From a virus: a stretch of DNA of 64,000 nt. Shown in pieces: positions 29,722 through 37,270 of this stretch (position 1 is its first letter; every line of letters starts with the position of its first letter). The notes beneath the pieces are model-generated. The model saw only the letters and a list, made by a program, of their open reading frames with translations. It ran no database searches and was not told the DNA's origin. The translations under genes were made by a program, and so were the position numbers. The stretch lies in the IMG/VR virus record IMGVR_UViG_3300048929_000185, positions 32,001 through 96,000 of that record; one strand, 5' to 3'.

Positions 29722-29812
29722 GATAACTACCTCCATTTAATTTAACTTAATTATTCCCACTATTAAAGCCACCGGAACGCTGTCCAATGGCTTTAAACTG
29801 TGGATAAAAGTA

Positions 29813-30019
29813 CTATTCTATGTGTATTAATGATTCTCTAACCACTTTCAAAAGTGCGGTAAAATTATCTTCATGTATTGTATAATCTGAATAATAGTTT
29901 TTAAGTTTCCAACCGCTTTTGCAACCAATGACGCACCAAAACCCATCATCATCTTTATATATATCTTTAATGGCAGCGTGATACTTTTTAGGTATCCTAT
30001 TTAATAATTTTTTATCCAT
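29813..30019 (-). CDS. Hypothetical phage protein
   Basis: ORF with RBS. Confidence 0.65.
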   Translation of the reverse strand: MDKKLLNRIPKKYHAAIKDIYKDDDGFWCVIGCKSGWKLKNYYSDYTIHEDNFTALLKVVRESLIHIE

Positions 30020-30275
30020 ATATGTTATCTCCTGTTTGTTTTAGGTTAAAATCCGCATTTTATTAAGCAAATAGGTTCATGGGTTTCATAGTCTTACTTG
30101 CTACCCAAGACTTCCAACCATATGAATAATAAACGTTTGTATATTCTGGATTTTCGTTACTGAATACGATTGCCTCTTCTTCAAAATCAAATGTATAAAA
30201 ATCATGCGTTTTGTTATCTGTATAACGTTCCATTTGATTACCTTCCCTTTTACTGTCAAAGAATAGTTTTATTTA

Positions 30276-30518
30276 CTATTGTTTAAGTACGGAAAAACCT
30301 TTTTCGTTTTCCATATCGTAAAATAAACTTGCTTCTTCTAATGATATTTCATCTATTGATTCTATATCATGTGTTTTATAATGATATTTCATCATATCAG
30401 TTTTCAAGAAATTCCATACTTGTTCTCTTGATGGCTGTTCTACATCTGATTTAATGCAAATACCGTAACTATCAGTGAATAAAATTTCATAATACTTTGT
30501 GTTCTTGCAATATTTCAT
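30276..30518 (-). CDS. Hypothetical phage protein
   Basis: ORF with GGAGG RBS. Confidence 0.65.
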   Translation of the reverse strand: MKYCKNTKYYEILFTDSYGICIKSDVEQPSREQVWNFLKTDMMKYHYKTHDIESIDEISLEEASLFYDMENEKGFSVLKQ

Positions 30519-30555
30519 CTTCTTTTCCTCCTCATAAAATAATCGTTTAATTGGT

Positions 30556-30765
30556 TTAATACTTCAATGTAAAATCATCTGTTAAAAGAATGTCGTGTAC
30601 CCCTTTAATGAAATGAACGTATCCTTTCTGATTTATGTACCATTCCTGCCCCTTTGTGTTATAGATATTGTTTGATGTGTAACTACCTACAACACTGTTT
30701 ATAAGTTCTTCTTTTAGCTTTATACAAGCATTATTTGTATAGGCTTCTTTAATACAGTAGGCCAT
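30556..30765 (-). CDS. Hypothetical phage protein
   Basis: ORF with GGAGG RBS. Confidence 0.65.
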   Translation of the reverse strand: MAYCIKEAYTNNACIKLKEELINSVVGSYTSNNIYNTKGQEWYINQKGYVHFIKGVHDILLTDDFTLKY

Positions 30766-30788
30766 GTCATTTCCTCCATTCTACACCT

Positions 30789-30857
30789 ACGGACTTGTGA
30801 CCGTCTGACTTGCGTCAGGTGCATTAAAACGGCTATGTGTCAGCCGTTTCACTCTGC
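30789..30857 (-). ncRNA. Twister-like self-cleaving ribozyme, circularly permuted (type P5)
   Basis: Minus strand GCA-GAGUG-[AAACGGCU/AGCCGUUU]-UAA-UGC-AC-[CUGAC GCAA GUCAG]-[ACGG UCACAAGU CCGU]; CAC/GUG and AC/GU pseudoknots. Confidence 0.7.
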
Positions 30858-30860
30858 TGA

Positions 30861-31196
30861 TTAATAAGTATACATAGTTTCAATGTCTACCCATTTGTTA
30901 TTTTCTTCATTATAAAGTTTTCCGGTACAACCATCTAACCAACTAGCTTTTATAAACCAATCACCAGAAAACTCAAAGTATTTGTAAGAAATATTATAAT
31001 TTGCTTCAAGTAATTTTAATATTACTGTTTTAGGAACTCCTTCTCTTCCGGCAGATAAATAACATCCACATTCCCCTTCTTTTCTTGCTTCTTCAATTTT
31101 GTCTAAACATTTAATCAATGCTTTTGGTTCTGTCTCCATTCTCATATTTTCCGCTTTTGGCACATGAATTTCTTTGATTGTTCCGTTCTTTTTCAT
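30861..31196 (-). CDS. Hypothetical phage protein
   Basis: ORF in array. Confidence 0.7.
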   Translation of the reverse strand: MKKNGTIKEIHVPKAENMRMETEPKALIKCLDKIEEARKEGECGCYLSAGREGVPKTVILKLLEANYNISYKYFEFSGDWFIKASWLDGCTGKLYNEENNKWVDIETMYTY

Positions 31197-31243
31197 AATT
31201 ATTATTCTCTCTTTCCGCCACGTAAGGCTATAAAATTCGGTAT

Positions 31244-31417
31244 TTATTGATTAGTCATTTCTTCGATTCTATTTGTTACCTGTTCAATTTTACCATCTAT
31301 TGCAATCAAGCTTGATACAAGCTGCCAGTCGTAACCGCTACCTAATTCCTTGCAAATCATTTCTCTTTTATCTTTCATTCTTTGTAAATCGGTAATTAAA
31401 TAATCAATCTGTTTCAT
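31244..31417 (-). CDS. Hypothetical phage protein
   Basis: Start reset to MKQID. Confidence 0.6.
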   Translation of the reverse strand: MKQIDYLITDLQRMKDKREMICKELGSGYDWQLVSSLIAIDGKIEQVTNRIEEMTNQ

Positions 31418-31452
31418 ATTTATGTCCTCTCTTTTCTGATAAAATGGATATT

Positions 31453-31629
31453 TTAACGTTCCCAATAGTAACCAGATCCGTCTAATAACGTAATCTGTAC
31501 GCCATCTGCGTCTGCTTGAATGTCTGCAACCTGATTCATGTCAATCATGTCTCCGTTTCCAAATCTGCCAAATAAAAAAGCACTTATGACAAGTGCGGTT
31601 GTGATGATTGCATATTTGATTTTTCTCAT
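31453..31629 (-). CDS. Small membrane-anchored protein (58 aa, not in ORF track)
   Basis: MRKIKYAIITTALVISAFLFGR...DGSGYYWER; stop inside a junction repeat. Confidence 0.65.
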   Translation of the reverse strand: MRKIKYAIITTALVISAFLFGRFGNGDMIDMNQVADIQADADGVQITLLDGSGYYWER

Positions 31630-31705
31630 ATTTATACACCTTTCTTTATAATTATTCGCTTAATAGAAATGAGCCTATAACCTGTAACAGCTATAAGCCC
31701 TTGTT

Positions 31706-32614
31706 TCACGCTTCAATTTTCAAATCGTTAAACATTTCATTTACGTCCGTTTCGTAATATTCACACAAGGCTGAAAACGACTTAATAACGCATTGCCATT
31801 CATCTTCCTTTACATATTGTAACCATGGTTGCTTTCCTCTGTTCTGTAAATCAATGTGGTATTTATTTTTGAGTTGTTTGTATAAGTCGTTCCATACTTT
31901 ACCATAACCTACGTGTGCGTACTTGGAAAGCTTTCTGACTGCAAAATTAATACGGCTTCTATCTTCCCATTCAAGGATTCCATTTGCAAGCGCCTTGTTT
32001 GTACTTTCCAATTTGGTATTTGACTGTTCCAACTGTTTAATATGTCGGTTCTTATAATCCATCATCTTTGTTGTTGCAATCATAATAGCGTCAGGATCAC
32101 CACTGGCATATGCCATACCAACAGACAGAGCAAGTGTTTGTTCTTCTGTGATATCAGCCGTTTTAATTTCTGGCGTTGCCCTTTCTTCTATATTAAGAAG
32201 TTGAGTGCGGATCTCTTTGGCTATTTCGGAATCTCTGAGCAACATTCCGACTCTTAATATTGCCCTTCTAGTAAATAAGAGGTTATTTCTATTATTAAAT
32301 CTGATGTTTTCGCAAGTGAAATATCCTCTAAAGTTAGCAAGGTCCCTAGAGAACCTTCCTAAAAATTCCTTTGTTTCTGTACCTGTTAGATTTTTTAATC
32401 CATCTTCTTCAATTTCTTCTCTGTTGTCTTTTACAAGGGATTTAATTGCCTCAAGTCCCACCTCGTAATACTCGGCTACTTGCTGAGTTGTTGCTAAATC
32501 AGTGTTGGGGATAAGAAGTAACTTCTTTACCTTTTCCAGTGTTTCAACCCTTGAAACCATTTCTTCTCTTAATTCTTTGCTTTCCAATAACTCATTTGCT
32601 TCTAATGTATACAT
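31706..32614 (-). CDS. Antirepressor-like/regulatory DNA-binding phage protein
   Basis: ATTQQVAEYYEV, LFTRRAILRVGMLLRDSEIAKEIRTQLL; preceded by a roughly 730-nt leader. Confidence 0.65.
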   Translation of the reverse strand: MYTLEANELLESKELREEMVSRVETLEKVKKLLLIPNTDLATTQQVAEYYEVGLEAIKSLVKDNREEIEEDGLKNLTGTETKEFLGRFSRDLANFRGYFTCENIRFNNRNNLLFTRRAILRVGMLLRDSEIAKEIRTQLLNIEERATPEIKTADITEEQTLALSVGMAYASGDPDAIMIATTKMMDYKNRHIKQLEQSNTKLESTNKALANGILEWEDRSRINFAVRKLSKYAHVGYGKVWNDLYKQLKNKYHIDLQNRGKQPWLQYVKEDEWQCVIKSFSALCEYYETDVNEMFNDLKIEA

Positions 32615-32639
32615 TTTTCCTCCTTTATTTTTGATTATT

Positions 32640-33230
32640 TATGCAGTTTATTACATATTCATACAGACAATAAGCCAATGATTCCAAAATAAGAAATTCA
32701 CTACATATTAAGGATTGTGTAGCAGAGCCTCTCCTGATGAGTAGTTGCCAAGAGCCTTAATCATTGTTCCTTCCATACGTCTCAGATATGTTTGGTTTAT
32801 ATATTTGCCTGCATGATAAATAATAAAATGTATAACTGTTTATCCGTTCTATAATTGATTGCCTATAACAAATAGGACTTTGTGATTCCGTTCTATTCTT
32901 CTGCCTGATACTCACAGGCTCGTTATTTCGTTCAATTTGGATTCCAGTATTGTCCTATGGAATTTGTTTATTTCTATGCCGTAATGCAAGCTGATTTCAC
33001 TTGCTGACAGCTTCTATATATTCTTACGTGTCTACTTTTTCAGGACTGCCTAACCTATGGACAATGGCTACATTCTTCACTGTAGCAGATTCAAGGAAAG
33101 TCACTTTTCACATCACGTCTTAACCGTATAGAATCGGTTATGTGCAATATTCGGTTTTTTGTTATGCCGTTCAATATGTGATCAGCTTCGCCACTGATAT
33201 TTTCTAAGGAAATTTGTGTGCGATTGCACT
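32640..33230 (-). ncRNA. Candidate long structured RNA or 5' leader
   Basis: No ORF; dense short hairpins; downstream of minus promoter TTGACA-17-TATACT at 33375-33347. Confidence 0.4.
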
Positions 33231-33364
33231 TGAAAAGTTAATAAAAGAATGTTAAAATACTTACATCAACTTTCAAGTTGTAGAGAAAAGAGTTTTCATT
33301 GATTGGTCGTCGGTGGAACTCTTTTCTTATTTCCTTTGATGATATAAGTATAACACGATTTTTG

Positions 33365-33598
33365 TTATTTGTCAACACTATTTTTGTTACTTTTTAAATC
33401 ATTTTCATGTCTGAGTATGTCTCCTATGTCGCAGTTAAACAGATTGCATATATCGTCTAAAAGCTTAACTGGAATCTGTTTTGACTTATTATTACACAGA
33501 TCGTTGATAGTTGGAAGTCTAGCGTCTATTTTATTTGCTAATTCCTTTTGTGTTAACTCATGTTCAGCTAATAGGACTTTGAGTCTGGATTTAATCAC
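33365..33598 (-). CDS. Cro/CI-type HTH regulator
   Basis: IKSRLKVLLAEHELTQKELA...LLDDICNLFNCDIGDIL. Confidence 0.9.
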   Translation of the reverse strand: MIKSRLKVLLAEHELTQKELANKIDARLPTINDLCNNKSKQIPVKLLDDICNLFNCDIGDILRHENDLKSNKNSVDK

Positions 33599-33934
33599 AA
33601 TATCACCACCTTTATAGTTAATGGTTATATTATAACACAAATCGTTATGTACTAACATTCCTTTATTAACTTTTCAAGGTTCACACATCAAATTTAGTTT
33701 GGGATTTTCGTCCAGAAAGAAATACAAACGTATGTTTAGACTTGAAACATTAGTTTCAATGTGATACACTCAGACTGTGTAAAGTGGTGTATCGCCATAC
33801 GTTCATGGGTCTGATAGTTGGAAGCTGTCAGGCTCATTTTTATTTCCTATCGGTACAAGCTGTGAACCACTTGTCGTAATAGCCTTTGTGTGAATTGCAC
33901 CCACTCCCATAATGTTCTATGGGTAAGACTTGAG

Positions 33935-34132
33935 TTAAGGCTTAATGTTTAAATATGGTTTAATGTTGATTGTGTCTGAAATGTCGGACAGCTTGGAGCA
34001 TAACACGTTTTGGATCTCTTCCTCTATGTCTACTTGAAATGCAAGTGATTTGAATACCTTTCTGCACTTCTTTACAATCTCGTCTTGGATTGCTTGCGGT
34101 AACTGACATACGTATACTACCATGATTATCAT
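33935..34132 (-). CDS. Hypothetical phage protein
   Basis: ORF with RBS. Confidence 0.6.
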   Translation of the reverse strand: MIIMVVYVCQLPQAIQDEIVKKCRKVFKSLAFQVDIEEEIQNVLCSKLSDISDTINIKPYLNIKP

Positions 34133-34145
34133 TCCTTTCTGTCAT

Positions 34146-34200
34146 ATCCTGACTGGCAATTAAGCCAGTCGTCGTAATTCTCAACAACTCGTCAGAGGAT
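34146..34200 (-). ncRNA. Hammerhead-ribozyme-like element with a shortened GAAA core
   Basis: Minus AUCCU-CUGACGA-[GUUGU/ACGAC]-GA-[CUGGC/GCCAG]-UC-AGGAU. Confidence 0.55.
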
Positions 34201-34485
34201 TTATAATTTGTCATAAGCTTCGGCTTCAACCACTGTGTGAGTGTGTGCTATATAGTCTTTACTGCTTCCAGATCTGACACAACTAACAGTTACCCCGTAT
34301 CCTTTTGATAAAAAGTTATTGTATCTTACATTGATTGAAAACACTTCGTTAGACTCATCAAAGAGTCCATTACTTTTGAAATTTTCAATGTTGCCACTAG
34401 ATTCTAATATAGATATCTTATTTGAAGATACTTCGAATATTTTTGCAATTGCTTTCGTTACTGCCTTTTTAGTTGTCTTCGTCAT
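34201..34485 (-). CDS. Hypothetical first gene of the leftward operon
   Basis: Start reset to MTKTTK. Confidence 0.65.
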   Translation of the reverse strand: MTKTTKKAVTKAIAKIFEVSSNKISILESSGNIENFKSNGLFDESNEVFSINVRYNNFLSKGYGVTVSCVRSGSSKDYIAHTHTVVEAEAYDKL

Positions 34486-34704
34486 AACATTCCCTACCTT
34501 TCGAGTAACTTGTTTGTGTGTTATGTATTTCTTAACTGTCTTTATTATACTACATATATCTAGTATTTGCAAGTTATTTCTTGTATTTTGTAGATATAAT
34601 ATTGCACAAACATAATAGATATATCTTGTATATTATGTACATATCTTTTATAATAAAGACTATGCTATGATGTACTACTGTCCACAAGAAAGGAATAATG
34701 AATT

Positions 34705-34926
34705 ATGACATATACAAATACTCCTGATATACTGAATTATATCCGTCAGTTGATGGTAAAGAAACGTATGCAAGTAAAGGATATAGCCATTAATATGAAC
34801 AAGTCGCAAGGCGCTACAAGTGCATTACTGCGTCAGGAGAATATAAGCCTTGAATCCCTGAATGAGATCTGTCAGGCAATGGATTGTCAGTTAGTCATTG
34901 ATATCGTCCCAATGGATCGCGAATAG
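34705..34926 (+). CDS. Cro/CI-type HTH regulator, divergent
   Basis: IRQLM..QVKDIA..KSQGATSALL..ISLESLNEICQAMDCQL. Confidence 0.85.
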   Translation: MTYTNTPDILNYIRQLMVKKRMQVKDIAINMNKSQGATSALLRQENISLESLNEICQAMDCQLVIDIVPMDRE

Positions 34927-34929
34927 TTT

Positions 34930-36900
34930 TGTATGATCCTGATTCGCTACTACTGCTATGTATGTGTTATTTGGCTCGTAATCGTAACTATTTGCCCTTG
35001 TAATGCGTTTAGGCTAGGATTGTTAGCATAAAGGATTTAAGCCGTAAATGAGCCGTTTAAGCGTGTTATAATGCATTGTGTTGGTGTTTATGTTATTACT
35101 GTATTTCGTTTGGTTATGTAAGAACACTCGTTTGTATGTTATTACTATATATCTTTGTCTAGAATCTGTCAAGAAGAATTTTTGTGAGTTGATGGATTAT
35201 TTTTTAATGGAGTGAATGATTATGATGAGTCGAGGTTAATTGTTACTAGATATCGCTGTGAACGTTGTATTCGCCTGTTGCTGACGTTGTGATGATGTGA
35301 GTGTGGAATTGTTAGGGTTGATAGGTTGAGTGGGTAAATAAGACGATATGAACGTTATATGATGATGTGTATCGTGATAACTTTGTGCTTAGGTGTCAGG
35401 AGTTGGAACGTGATGAATGACTGATAGTGTTGAGTGAGTGGAATCAGGTGATAGAATGGTGATGGCATAAGATGATAATTCATAGTGGTGTGGTGTAATA
35501 TATGTAGTATTGTAAACTATGTATAATGGTAATCATATCTATTAATGTGAATGTGTTGTAAAATCGATGATGACATACGTAGTATTGATTACTGTGTAGT
35601 GATGTGTTATGTACTGTTATATACTGTTTAGTAGACTATGAAAAATTAGTTCAAAAGTGAACCATTATTAGATCCGAACAGGTATGTTGTAGATAAAACG
35701 TTTTCGTTGTTTTCACAACGTAATTGCAATCAATACCAGTTGACCGCTAATCAACCGCCAGATACGTCATGAAATGGTTCAATACTTGACTATCAACCCA
35801 ATACTCCTACGGTCAAAGTTAATATTCAAAAATCCTATAACTACATATTAACACCAAAATAGTACGTATTTACTAGGTTTCAAGGCTATTTCATAGGGTG
35901 GGGGTAAGTTTACATTTTCAACGACCACCGAAAAGCAGCCAGGAGGCATATCTGTTCCACTCACACATAACTCCCCATTTTCAACTCCGAAATCACCAAA
36001 ATCGCCCAATTTAACTATACAAGTTGCACAAAGAAATCACCAAATAGTTCGGTATCGAGTTCGGGGATTTTCGAAGTCATTACCAGTAAGTACAGTAAAA
36101 TCAAGCACTTTAGTGACTATACAATATGCACAAAAAAATAATAACACGAAAAATCACTCTATTTTCACCATCAAAATCCTCGCAAACCCTTATAAAATAA
36201 GCATTCTCCCGAACTCACCCTAAAAATGTAAAAATGAGCACTTAAATCACCAAAATTTGCACCAAGAATGACCACTAAAATCGCAATAAACCCTTATAGA
36301 ATAAGGACATTCTCATCTCTCACCGAAGTACTCTCCCGAAGTCATATAAAAAATTCATGTTCAAACTCATCTTAAATCACCATAAACGTAGCAATAACAA
36401 GGAGAATCTCCCATAACACAAAATATTTTCATCTTACAGGCTCAAAATACTACTCTTATTACACAGGAAAAATATCAGAAAAAAAGAGAATAATCCAGTA
36501 AAAATGATCAGATTCGTAAGATAGTGATTTATGCATACCTTATTATAGGCAAAATAAATATGATACGCTCATAGCATAAAGTAAATAGTCACAATCCAGC
36601 AACAAGCATAATCAAATCAGTAACCATAAAAACCAAAATATAATAAGCGGCATATCTTACACAAATAATCCAGTCCAATAATCTAAGCAGCATTAATCTC
36701 TCACAATCCCAAATTAATCTAATATCTCTACTCTCCTATCACTCAACTATTCTTACTACTAATCTATTGCTCAAATTCGCGAAAATAGCATCAAAAATCC
36801 ATTCTCTACTATTTAATGGAGAAATACTCATCTACAGGCTAAAATCCAGAATTGGTACCAAAAACGCAAAAATAAGCACGTAAAAATATTTCATAAAAAA
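34930..36900. other. Non-coding strand-asymmetric switch region with short direct repeats
   Basis: G/T-rich 35180-35640, C/A-rich 35950-36890; AAATCACC x4; AAACCCTTATARAATAAG x2. Confidence 0.6.
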
Positions 36901-36903
36901 GTG

Positions 36904-36960
36904 TTGACAAAGAAATGTAGTAATGATAAGATAACAGTGTAGCAAGAGTAATACAGTAAT
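36904..36960 (+). promoter_or_regulatory. Rightward promoter with paired operators
   Basis: TTGACA-17-TAAGAT, nearly identical to the 5933-5961 promoter; ATGTAGTAAT 36915 and ATACAGTAAT 36951. Confidence 0.8.
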
Positions 36961-37028
36961 ATTATAAATAAAAACTCATGGCAGTGAGATAAATGTAAAT
37001 ACCATTTGTTTTCCCTACACTTTATGAC

Positions 37029-37040
37029 GTACCTTGAAAA
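37029..37040 (+). promoter_or_regulatory. boxA-like antitermination site
   Basis: GTACCTTGAAAA; related copies on the minus strand at 33671-33682 and 24776-24787. Confidence 0.5.
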
Positions 37041-37161
37041 TTACATATGGAAATAACCAACAAGTATTAGTGTGGTTTTGGATGGAGTATTTAATATTGA
37101 GCGTTAGCGAAATATTAAATACGTAATGTTTTGTTTTATTAATAGGTTTATCTTTTATTTC

Positions 37162-37244
37162 AGTTCAGTAGACAATGCATTTGCACCCTCTGCTGAACTC
37201 TGGTGAAGATTCACGGGGATACATTTGCATAGTTTACTGAACTC
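37162..37244 (+). repeat. Iteron-like repeats upstream of the Rep-like gene
   Basis: CATTTGCA-N7-CTGAACTC at 37178 and 37222; inverted AGTTCAG at 37162. Confidence 0.6.
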
Positions 37245-37270
37245 TCGCAAAAGAAAAAGGAGGGATCTTA

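Larger units (their letters stand above)
2635..31456. repeat. About 45 dispersed 18-bp junction repeats WTRAAA-N6-WTTYAT
   Basis: E.g. 2635 ATGAAA-agtgaa-TTTTAT; 3177 ATGAAA-cggaga-TTTTAA; 4202 ATGAAA-caggta-TTCTAT; 6097 ATGAAA-ccatga-TTTTAA; 9007 ATGAAA-gcattg-TTTTAA; 17586 ATGAAA-atttag-TTTTAT; 27068 ATAAAA-tgtgct-TTTTAT; 30046 TTAAAA-tccgca-TTTTAT; 31439 ATAAAA-tggata-TTTTAA. Confidence 0.75.

Noticed and set aside
2635-31456. Junction repeats as a CRISPR array or classical integron attC sites
   Set aside because: Spacing is gene-sized, the repeats are degenerate, no cas genes are present, and there are no GTTRRRY/RYYYAAC boxes or long attC hairpins
32730-32760. CTGATGAG as a hammerhead core
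   Set aside because: No stem II, GAAA or stem III follows, and it is on the non-transcribed strand
752-34615. Many plus-strand ORFs listed across the left arm
   Set aside because: Antisense shadows of minus-strand genes; no RBS and Phe/Ser/Ile-rich composition
35905-35935. dif-like site (ATGTAAACT on the minus strand)
   Set aside because: Only a partial XerD-like arm; no matching XerC arm
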